Source of the DNA: Lingula anatina | Lineage: Eukaryota > Animalia > Brachiopoda | Direction of reading: 5' to 3' | DNA length: 64,000 nucleotides | Assembly (NCBI GenBank): GCA_051362555.1 | Contig: CM120645.1 | Location: forward strand, 4,092,001 to 4,156,000 | Shown here: positions 53,601-64,000 of the stretch, piece by piece | How the letters are laid out: the number at the start of each line of letters is the position of its first letter | Position numbering within the stretch: position 1 is the stretch's first letter | The notes under the pieces: model-generated | Seen by the model: the letters and a program-made list of their open reading frames with translations, nothing else | Told to the model about the DNA's origin: nothing | Databases searched by the model: none | Program-made: the position numbers and the translations under genes

Positions 53601-55477
53601 GTGAAATGTAGTGTCCGATGCTATCAGTCCGATATCTTTGGCCTTTTGTCCACTGACCTGGCTCTCCCGGAATGACACTGGTAAACTGCACGGGTGTGAA
53701 AAATAATGTAAGCTGTCACACCTGCATGTATTAGGTAACTTTCTCTTATCAGTCGGGATAAGAACGTTCAGCCGACGCGACAGATGGGCAATGTGTGAAA
53801 AACTATGTTCGCTGCCCTGCTTCCAAACCTTTACTGTTAACATAGTTTTGGTGTATTTTGTTGGTTAATAAATGATAACCACGTAGGAAATTCATCTTCT
53901 TTTGTGTATCTATCTTCAAAAGTTTGAATTTATAAATGATCATGTAGTAATCAATTGCGTGTACCGCTTTTAGTTTGCACTGCTAGCAAGCGGATAGCTG
54001 AATCGAATATGGCTTTCTGAGCCTCGACGCTAGTGACGTCACTCGCCTCAAAGCGCCACCACGCGGGAGTATCATAAACTACATTCACACCTGCATAAAA
54101 TCGGCTTTAAAAACTAAATAAACGTAAGAACTTTTTTTCATTACTCAAAAATGACTTTTGGGCAACTAATGGATAGTTTTAACCCGTTTTTTCATCACAG
54201 TATACCTTTAAGGACTGCTGCTTTGAAAGTCAACAGACTGTAAACAAACTATACAGTCCTCAGGGTAGTTCCAATCCAGAATGTTTTTGGTAGAAAAGAG
54301 TTCTGGAAGATACCCGTCTTGCCTTGAAGGGGATAGAAACATTTGCTGATTTTTTTAACCAGGTTAACTGTGTCATAAGGGGGGAAATCCTTGGCTTTAA
54401 CTATGCGTTTACTGATCAAGTAGTCCTGATGACGCATAGATAGCGTGAGATTCTTAAGCTCAGAGTATATAAAATAAATACACTGTAACTTGTGTAAGTT
54501 TGATAGCTTTTCCTCTGTTGCAGAATGTAGTTGGGCCTAGGTTTTACAGCATTTCTGAGACACACCCTGGTTTTCTGCCACCATAATCACCTGTAATGAT
54601 AACACTGCCTGCCTCTGACTTTCCTCATTTTTATTGATATCTTTTTTAATGGGATCCCAGACTATGAAACTGTATTTCAAAGGTGGAACAGACTAGGGAT
54701 TGATAGGCTAATTTTCTGCAAGATAAGGGGCAGTGCTTAAGATTCTTTTTAAGGAAACACAGTGACAACTAGCTTTTTTTGGTTTTATTGCTGATGTGGG
54801 GGAGCCATTTCAGATCACCAGAGATGGTACATATATGTGACTCCAAAGAGGTAATTTTATACTAATACATGGTTGTTGTACTGGTAAAAGTGGGAGGTTT
54901 TTTGGTTGACTGAGAGTATGTAGTATTTCTGTGCATTATAGGACATACGTTGAAACCAGTCATTGGTCCAGTCTTGTTGATGTGGTCATTGATGCCTCTA
55001 AGGATTCTGGAAGGAAGTTATTATTTTAATGATATTTGGTTTTTTCAGTATATTTTGAGAGATTTTTGGTGGCCCTTTTTCCTGCAGGAGATCTGTGCTT
55101 TAGGAATTTCTTCTAGTTTTGAATTATTTTGCTCTTCACAAAACTACTTGTTTCTTGCAAGCTTAGACCAAATTCTGTGCATAATTTCCATGGATAATCA
55201 CTTACTTCTCAAATATGCATAGCAGCATAACACAATTGACTTAATATTGAAATACTTTTAAAAGGGAACTTAAGACTTATCTATTTAAAAAATAATGAAT
55301 TAAGTTTTTGTTAATGACTTTTTAAAGTGAGTGGTCAAGTAACATTCTAATTTCTACACTATTTATTTTAATTAATTTTTCTGTTTTAATCAATTTTCTA
55401 CTGGTCTTTTTATTATTTTTTTCACATGGTATTGTAAAGTCTGATGAACAAATTTGGATTTTAGCCTCAAATAAATA

Positions 55478-55512
<35 letters not shown>

Positions 55513-57199
55513 ATTGAAAGTAGGATCATTTAAAATTTAGAATTGATTTTAATAAATTTATTTGTTAATATTTCAGATATGAAGCCAGAAAATGTCCCCA
55601 AGTGGTAGTTGCTGATATTGACACAAAAGCATTCTTAAGGAAGCAGACAGTCAAAGTTACCAAAGTACTGTAATAATGGATTTCAAACACCTCAATTCTC
55701 TCGATATCATATTTAGTTCAGATTGATTATTTTAACACACTCACTCCTAAAGTGAAGTGAAGTAAACCTATGCTGTTAAGCAGTCTTGGAATTTTTCTCC
55801 CATACAAACCCAGGTCATACGGAACACCAAGACACCAAAAATAGTACTTTTACCTCAAAACTGCCGATTGGACATCATCATCATCAAAATTCCCATACTT
55901 TTCTAAAAACGAACAATGCCCATAATATTTATGTGATGATATAATAACAACCGTTTTTATAAAAAAATGGGTTTTTTTAGCCTGATTTTGGCTAACATGG
56001 TATAAAGCCTTAAATAAATCATGTGTGTTATCTCTTATTATCAATGGCATTGTTTGTCTGTGTTAAAATTTGGACAAGTAGCCTTTCGGGCAATAGGTGT
56101 CTTAAAGTGGGCTGCATTATGTAAAACTTTTTACTAGCCCAGTGCCTCTTTAAATGCACAGTTGCCTCGGGCAAGTGCCTAACCAAACAAACTGCATAAT
56201 GCACATTTGATATTATGCCTTTTGGGAGCTGTTTCACTTAAATGAATTTTATATTGCTTATTAATTAATTAATATGTTATTTTCCATGTCAGTCCAATGG
56301 TTGCCAACCAGCTCCTCATGGTTACACGGAAGATCTTCATTGGCAGGAGACTCAAACTGCCAACTTTTCTGATGTCAGACAGGTACTTTGTGGCGTGTTA
56401 AAGGGAAACATTACTTTCTGGGACCTAAAAAAAGAGTAAAATGATGATTTGACTAATACTGAGGGTACCTTTATCCTTTTGTCCATCTTGTTCATCCTCA
56501 TTCGGGCTATTTTAAGCTATGGTTTCTTTCCCTCTAATACAAAGATGGTAATGTTGAGAAATCTCTACTGGAGTGATTATGTCTTTTGTTTAGTATGGAT
56601 ATAAAGCTCAATAAAGTGAAAATATTCACATAAAATAAATAGTTGGTGTCCTTATTTCTGAGATTGGTAACCAAAAGATGTGGAGCGATTTTCAGGGTGA
56701 CTATGACAGACCCACTTCACATGACTCGATCCCCCACGCCTTGGTCTTTCTCGCTTTAAAAAGGGAGCAGTATTTCAATTGATGGGACTACAGTTGATTT
56801 ATATTGGATCCAAGTAAACTTAATTGATGGTCTATATGTTGAGACCTATTTTCAGACTAAAGTCACTTTGTGAATCTTGCCATTCGCACCATTATTTAGT
56901 ATCTTCTTTGATATTTTTCCAGAAATTAGTCCAGTACAAAGCAAGGCTAAAACAACAAACCCCACCTCCCGCTCTTCATTATAAAGGAGCACCAATAAAA
57001 TTGGTAAGTAAGATCTTTCTTTAACAAAAACAAAGTTGGCCTTAATCAAAACTCTTGTCAGTCTTTTTTATGCATAACAGTATCAGCATTTTACTTTCAT
57101 AATATATTTTACAACTATAGGGGTGCAATTCTTTACAACTAATGACACATCCACACAAACTCTAAATAATGTTTTTAGAAATGAAAAAGCTATATGCAC

Positions 57200-57243
<44 letters not shown>

Positions 57244-59069
57244 CCACTCTTTTACACCCCATTTCCATAGATTAGATCGACCTACTTTAGATCGACCTGA
57301 CTCCCTGGGGGTTCACACTAAATGGCTGTCAGCCGGGCAGACACGAAAGTTAATTACCCCCTTACAGCTTGTAGTAGGCGGGACAGACATTTAAGTCGGA
57401 TTATCTGAAAGTAAGTGAGACTCCCCACGGGGATAGATCGATCTAAAATCTATGGGAATAGAGCCTTAGCTGCCACAAAAGCTTGTCCTGCACATCCAAA
57501 CACCTGGTTCGTTATTTTTTTTTTTTTTTTTGTCAGGAATTGAGAATCAATGAAAAAGGTCATAGATTATTTACTATTTTATCTGTATTTTTACATATTG
57601 ACAACAGCCACAACCAGACTATCCTGAAGGGTGGTGCAGGCTGTGTTTTGGGAAGTTTCCTGGACAGAAGATAGATAGCAGCACTGTAGAAGAGGAGACT
57701 GGTGATGATCAAGAGAAGTATCCTGATGGGACACCTCCATTAGTTAGCATAATTGCCTCAATGGATCAGGTAATATATTTTGACTGATAAACTGTACATG
57801 TGCTTAGAATAATTATTTTCTGATAAACGGATCGATTTCCAACTTGTCCATCATAAGCCTTGTGATGAAAATTCTGTGGAGAAAAAACAGATGAACAAAT
57901 AAATGGGTAGTAGAATAAGGTATTTATTCAATATTTTTTCTAGCCAGCTGTGTTGAAAGTACTTGAATATCATTTAAACTGGTTTGAAGCCACAGGGTTT
58001 TCACAAGAGCAGGTTGGTACTTATGGCAGTAGTTATCTATAGTATTTTTTATTTTTTTTGTTATATTTATAGGGAATCATCCTTTAGCCATTTTAAGTCA
58101 TTTCTGAAAAGCTAAAAGTGACAAAGCTAAATCAATAATGATGAAAATGATGAATTGTTATAAGTGGGTAGGGAAATATTACAGTACATATTTCCTTGGT
58201 CCCTTTTTAATCATTTTAGCACATTGTAAAGAAAAAATATCACTAAAGCAGCTCAAACTTCTGACCAATTGGTTTTATAAAAACCATGCTCTTCCTTTGG
58301 CCTGTAGTAGTACATCCTTGTATATTGTCTACCTTCATTCAGGGGCGTTGGTTCTATGCTTTGTTGGCAAGTCTTGCGAAACCCCTCACGCCAGAAACCT
58401 GCTCATTGTTAAGAACTCTGGCCAGGAACTGCTCCAGTCTTAGGGCAACACTGGTAAGTTAGTAAAATAGAATTATTCTTCACTTCGAGACTAAATAACA
58501 TCAGTCAAACATCCTATCCACAGACCATTGTATGCTGGTAAGCTAGTTAAGGGCGCATTCCCATAGATTTTAGATCGATCTATCCCCGTGGGGAGTCTCA
58601 CTAGATTACTGTCAGATAATCTGGCTTAAATGTCCGTCCCGCCTACTACAAGCTGTAAGGTGGTAATTATAACTTCCGTGCGCAGTCGGCTGACTGCAAT
58701 TTAGCGTGAACCCCCAGGGAGTTAGGTCGATCTAGTAAGATCAATCTAAATCTCTGGGAATGCCCTCTAAGTCTGTGAACCAGTGATATGGACTCAATGA
58801 AGTTACGGCAATCACAAACTACTGCTTTGCCAAAAATTTATGTTTGATTTGGAGTAAGAAGATGATTTTAATTTAAAAGAATATATATTTATAATTTAAA
58901 AAAAACCAATTTTCTTTAATGATAAGGAGGGCAAGAAACACATACTCAGTATTTCTTTTGTTTATATTTTCAGCCCTCTCCACAACATCCTTTATTGCGG
59001 CCACTTAATCTACTAATTACACTGGTCGCCAGGTATTTTGGGCAGATAGACCTGGCAGATAATGGATAA
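50681..59069 (+). CDS. GEMIN2: Gem-associated protein 2 (SIP1), SMN complex subunit; 8 exons, 270 aa
   Basis: Exons 50681-50796, 55577-55664, 56293-56382, 56923-57003, 57608-57769, 57944-58012, 58343-58453, 58974-59069 (813 nt, in phase). Motifs [98 protein letters not shown]. An in-frame ATG also lies at 50672. Confidence 0.95.
51093..53020. mobile_element. Nested non-autonomous DNA transposon with ~280-bp TIRs
   Basis: tatagggacagtcgg..ccttagcaaccggcatctggggtaaaacaaa..cacagtgcctgaccacttgtgtca..agccgctgcacacctggt (51093-51375) is inverted at 52733-53020; possible TA TSD. Confidence 0.85.
53065..53497 (+). pseudogene. THAP (C2CH zinc finger) domain coding remnant, frameshifted
   Basis: ATG 53065 reads [21 protein letters not shown]; a frameshift near 53147-53160 leads to [42 protein letters not shown], giving the C-x4-C, P, W, CxxHF and AVPxIF hallmarks of THAP. 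Confidence 0.85.
54245..55000 (-). mobile_element. Decayed CR1/L2-clade LINE ORF2 3' fragment
   Basis: Minus-strand frameshifted [42 protein letters not shown] and [11 protein letters not shown], matching the AYxSLVRPxLEYxxxVWxP and FxxSFFPRTxxxWN consensus. Confidence 0.75.
57254..57467 (-). mobile_element. MITE family A copy 2 (GEMIN2 intron 4)
   Basis: Reverse complement of the core at 58548-58770 and 6905-7106 (cttacagcttgtagtaggcgggacagacatttaag). Confidence 0.8.
58548..58770 (+). mobile_element. MITE family A copy 3 (GEMIN2 intron 7)
   Basis: TIR gggcgcattcccatagattttagatcgatct / agatcaatctaaatctctgggaatgccctc with TAA-like flanks. Confidence 0.8.
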
Positions 59070-59292
59070 AACTGGTTGCTGGTTATTTAAGGCAGATAAA
59101 CCTAGCTGGCAGACGCTGGAAAGAGCTGGTTGCCAGGTTATTCTAGGCAAAAGGACCTGGCAGATGATGTATAACCTTTTAAGTCATAATGGAGAAATTC
59201 CATTAGCTGTGCTATTCTAACTTTTTATCTTTGAAGTCAGGGGAATCATGTGGTGCTCTAATTTGTGTAAATATGTGATTTTTTAATATCAG

Positions 59293-59298
59293 AATAAA
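59293..59298 (+). promoter_or_regulatory. Probable GEMIN2 polyadenylation signal
   Basis: AATAAA about 225 nt after the stop codon, followed by T/GT-rich sequence. Confidence 0.55.
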
Positions 59299-59727
59299 GC
59301 AATTTTATTTTATGTGGTATGTTAATTTTTTTTCAGTCGGCCTCCTTGGTTCTTTGTGGTATTAAAACCATGTGTGTCAAATAGATTATCATCACTGTAT
59401 TATTGATACTCTATTAATATTTGTTGAGAAACATGTTTAGTAATTCTGATAAACCAGTTTAGGTTAATACAAGTTGGAGATTTGATAAAGTGCCACACAT
59501 TAACAAACTATTTTAATAGAAGCTAATTCTCTAAAATTGAAGAAAAAATTTTGCAGCACATTTAAAGTTGATATATATACATTTACTTTGACACATGTAT
59601 CTTATCACGGATTTTCCACTAAATTCAATGTTTCACAAAAAAAAAAAAAAAAGAAGAAGAAGAAGCAATTTCTCCTACTCACAAGTCATTGCTTAACATT
59701 TGAGAAGATAATATTGACATCTGGTAC

Positions 59728-59758
<31 letters not shown>

Positions 59759-60109
59759 TTTTTTAAAGGTCTTAATTGGAAAAGATAAGTATTTTTGCAA
59801 GATGTACATGTAGACGAAAAAGGAGTTTGTTTTAATTGCAAGTTCTAGGGGTATATACTAGTACTTTAAATGATTTTATGGTGTGGTGAAGATATAAGGT
59901 ATAAAAAGATGTCTTTCTCCATTACACAAATTACTGGTCAACCCATCCCTGCTCTTGGATTCTTTGTTTTATACCATTTCTAACTAAAATGTACACGGAT
60001 GGTACACATGTACCTTTAAATTTATGTTGAAATTTACCTCGTGTTACATTGATACAACTACATACATCAAACATTTGGCCTTAATCAGTCACGGAATGAA
60101 GAACATCCT

Positions 60110-60147
<38 letters not shown>

Positions 60148-60713
60148 AGCCCAATATTTTAATTAGATAAACAGTCAACAATAGTGATTAGAACAATTTC
60201 AACCAGCCGATTTGTGTGATCAATGAGCACACTAGCAGGTCTTGAGCGCAATCATTCCCAAACAAAACAACGATGAATTGCTTAAGTGCGACCTCGCAGA
60301 TGTCGAATATAAAAATCGGTACACCTTTTTGTGTGACGGTTACATAAGTCAACATTGATCGACAAAGGGGACTTATTTTGTCAAATAGAAAATTGGCGAG
60401 ACCGTTTTGGAGCACCTGCGCACGAACCAGTAATTGGGTCATATCACCTGAATACCCTTTTTCAATGGTAAACGTGACATCCGGGCACTTTGTTCAAATT
60501 TAGTGTTTTCTTTGGTCGGGTGTGGATGCTGTAGCTGTCAATATTTCAAAGAGCTTGCATATTTTTGATTCATAATTTTCCAAACGACGCACCGGATTTA
60601 AAAAAGGAAGACGTAAGGATTGTATCAAGAGAGGCGTTTTGATTGAAACACCCAAGCTGGCTCATTAAAAAGATCCCGAAATCTAGGTAAAAGCCGGACT
60701 TGGTGACTTTATA

Positions 60714-60831
60714 ATGGGTTGTACTCAAAGCAGCGAGGATAAGCAGCAGTTTGAAAGGTCGAAGGCTATTGACAAGGCTTTACGTGCAGATGGAGAGAGG
60801 GCAGCTAGAGAAGTTAAACTTTTATTACTCG
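60714..60831 (+). CDS. GNAI: G protein alpha-i subunit, coding exon 1; the gene continues beyond the window
   Basis: [40 protein letters not shown]|gtaagt: Gly2/Cys3 lipidation motif, Gi-type [11 protein letters not shown] and a 118-nt phase-1 exon as in Gi/Go genes. Exon 2 (GAGESGKSTIVKQM) was not seen in the window. Confidence 0.93.
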
Positions 60832-61867
60832 GTAAGTAGAATTGGTATTTTGACAGGGAGGGCTGATGGTTGACGTCTGTCCGGGCTGCAAGTTTCGCCC
60901 CACAATTTGACAATGAATGACACGCGGAACCACAGTTTCTGACAGAGATGAAAGGATACATATAATTAGCAAGAACCATTACTGCAGCAGTAATGAAACA
61001 AGGTTTATGTGTTAAGGTGCACCTTTAATGAACCTTGTATACGTTATTATTATTATTATTATTATTATTTTGTTATGAAGATTTTCAAATTATGACTAAT
61101 TTAACATATTGATATAACTGAATTTGCTTTGTTCGTTAACGCTTTCTGGCAATTCTGCACTCAGTCCCATTCTGCACGCTCTTTTGACACATACAATAAT
61201 TCAATAAAGATCAAGCTTTGTTAGGAGTGGCAGCTACTGTTGCATTTTTAATGTCTAATTGTCCAAATTATGATTAATTCATGCATCAAATCTGGTACAG
61301 TTCTGTTTTCCACCAAGTATTAGAAATATCCATTGTGCACAATAACAATGATTTACTATATGAATCCCCTTTTTACTGCCCTCATTGCGTATTACAATAA
61401 TTAATCATATCAAAAGGCCAGGGCCTTATTTCAGCCCCCTTCTCTATTTGACTTCCTTTCATTTCTTTAAAAAAGTCCATGACACTTCTCATAGCTTCGT
61501 ATAAGGAAGAAGGTGGTTCAAAAGACATGAACTTTTGCAAGTGCAAATAACTTGAACTGATTTTAACTGTTGTATTGAAGAAATTATAACAAGTAAATGA
61601 ATTACGTTTTCATACCCCATTCCCACAGAAAATAAGTGTGTGGCTTGAGTGCTGCATAACTATTAACAGAAACCAAAGGATAACCACTGGCTGCCTTGAT
61701 TACCATATGTGCATAGGGGTTTGATGACTCATTTAGTCCTGGCCTAATTCAGGGCTAAAACAATTATTCAGGTGACAAGTACAAAACGCATAAATACCTG
61801 TGTAGCATGGCATGCAAGCAGTTGGTTCTCATAACAATTAAGATTAACCTGATTGTTGGTTTCACCC

Positions 61868-61898
<31 letters not shown>

Positions 61899-64000
61899 AT
61901 TGTCTAGTTTAAATGTTTAGACCAAAAATTCTTTCTCCTTTAGCTCCAACATCTTTTTTTTTTTTTTAAATGAGTGTATTATTTCATTTACAGTTGAAAT
62001 GTGGACTCTGGTGGTTTAGCTTTGGTCAGAGTAGACTAAGAGTTTTATTTTAAAAGTTCCGACCAATTTTCAGGCTAAAATTTTGTGAAATGATACCCTG
62101 TTGCAGCTCACTTTTTTATCCCTGCACTTGGACATGGGTTTTTTATTTTTATTTTTATGTTCTTAAGTAAATGTTATAAGAACCACTTTCAGTAATATTA
62201 TGAATATATTTGTAGAATTGTTATAACATGGTGGACAGTAAGTTGGAAAAGACCGTGCAAGAACATCCTTGTAAAATGGGCATTAATGAAAAAGAGGTAG
62301 CATCCCTCCATCAGTTTTCTTCTCTATTTTATTGAAAGACAAGGAAGTGGAAACCCTACACTGATACATTTTTAACTAGTCCAATATTTGTTGGCTCTTG
62401 TGGTGCAGCGTTCTCGCTTGGGATTAATTTAGACTGGAATTGAATGTAACACTTTATCATCACTTTAGTTTGGCCTCTTTGATCTCATCTTTTTACAGAT
62501 ATATCCAAAAGAAATATGATTATCTTCGTCGATTTACTGTAAAGTAGTCCGTGTATAGGTCTATGCGAAGTAAGTCTGCAAGTCCGTAATCTAGCTTAGC
62601 AGGTGTTGTGAAAGTCGTATCGATGAGTTAATGGCCATTTGGACTTCAAATAACGGCCTTGGAGAATTAAAGAAAATCTACAGTGATGGCTTTCTCATAA
62701 ATTGAAAACAGCCCTGATATTCTGAAAGTCTTGTGAGAATTACTTTGAGATTATGTCTGTTTTGTATGGTCAGTGATTGTTATTTTATTTTTCTGGAAAT
62801 GGCCTTGTGTCTGTTTGGCAGGGATTACTAGGTCTGCTACTGATTTGTGCCATTTTAACCATGAACACATTATCATCTGCATGTTTGGTTAAACAGGAAA
62901 CTGCTTCTGAAAGGAAGTGTTACTGATTTCTAGTTTAAAAAAAAAATGAAAACAGTGACAATTTTAGTCAGGAGTGCACCAGTGGGTTATCCAGGATGTG
63001 TCAACAGATTTTATGGAAAACCCAAACTGGTTTTGGTCCGAAATGCATCACAGAATGATCACAGTCAGATCTGTTGAAACAAAAAAAAAAAATGTAGATT
63101 TTGTGGGGTAAGTGGCTTTTTATTAGCTGTAAGAGAGAGAAAATGTTAACTCCGTTGAGTTTCAGTCATTTAGGCATTCATTTATTTTTAATGTGCTGTG
63201 TCGAACTTGTGTGGAATCTTCCATTACGTTAGACGTAGTGGGGTTTCTTTCTGTTATTAATAAACATGTTTGGTGTCGATAATTTACTGAGGATAAAAGC
63301 TCAAAATTATTAGTTTGAATTAATGTCCGAAAGGTTTTCTTTAAGTACTACAGAAAGAGGAAAAAAGTTGCATTGTTACATTGACATGAGTTTAGAATTA
63401 TACTGAAAAATATATTGATAATTTTCTGAATTAAGAATCATGCCTATGTAGGGTATACAGACCCATATATTGCATTGCTTTTTATCATGGTATTAACAAA
63501 GAAGGTTATTAAGCATAATTGTTCATATCCAGATCACCTAAAAAGTGTTTTTGAAAATTCAGGTAATTAATTAAGGTGAATGAATTAATTTGATTTTTTT
63601 CCTCAACATTTAAGTAAAAAATTTAAGACCAATTGTCAGATATAAAAAAAAATTGTGTTTGTGAAAATATTCCCAGGTGTTTTTGATTTTACTCCCACTC
63701 TTCATAAGAGCCGGAGATCATTTATCAGTTCCATAGTGGTAATATAGATAAGCAGTGTTCAATAAGTTGTTGGTAAATAAGTAAATAAGGATAAAATTAG
63801 CCTTGGTAGGAATTATACAACTTCTCTGGTGATAAATGTTTTATATTTCCCTGAAAGTTTGTTTTGACTGCCAGCTGTCAGGTATACATTTAGGACTGCT
63901 TTCATTCAACAGTGTTTTAAGGATCTAAGGCCGCATTCAGAACAGTGGACTAACTAGTCCGCGGGTCACATATGGCCGACCCACTTGAATACTTCCCCAT

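Larger units (their letters stand above)
50901..54207 (+). mobile_element. Kolobok-like DNA transposon remnant with THAP domain, in GEMIN2 intron 1
   Basis: TTAA (50897-50900) + AGGCCTACTGTG ... CACAGTATACCT + TTAA (54208-54211): 12-bp imperfect TIR, AGG termini, TTAA TSD and an internal THAP coding remnant. Confidence 0.75.

Noticed and set aside
60832-64000. Further G-alpha-i exons
   Set aside because: No GAGESGKSTIVKQM-coding exon found by eye; the region is treated as intron 1. A possible MITE start at ~63927 is cut off by the window edge.

Overview
AT-rich, intron-rich animal genomic DNA, most likely a marine invertebrate given the gene families and repeats (inference). Gene content from left to right: (1) the 3' part of a divergent ABCA-subfamily full transporter (+, <1..15844) with degenerate catalytic motifs in both nucleotide-binding domains; (2) three intact six-exon, 301-aa ependymin-related (EPDR) genes on the minus strand, which with decayed ABCA 3'-half pseudogenes form a tandem triplication of about 10-kb units (~10.8-42.4 kb); (3) a repeat-rich spacer with a possible decayed TIR-domain gene; (4) a complete 8-exon GEMIN2 gene (+, 50681..59069) whose first intron holds a TTAA-flanked, THAP-bearing Kolobok-like transposon with a nested TIR element; (5) coding exon 1 of a G-protein alpha-i gene (+, 60714..60831). 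Several MITEs have empty paralogous sites that confirm their target-site duplications, and there are LINE ORF2 fragments. Exon boundaries and translations were read by eye. Family calls rest on motif recognition, not database searches.
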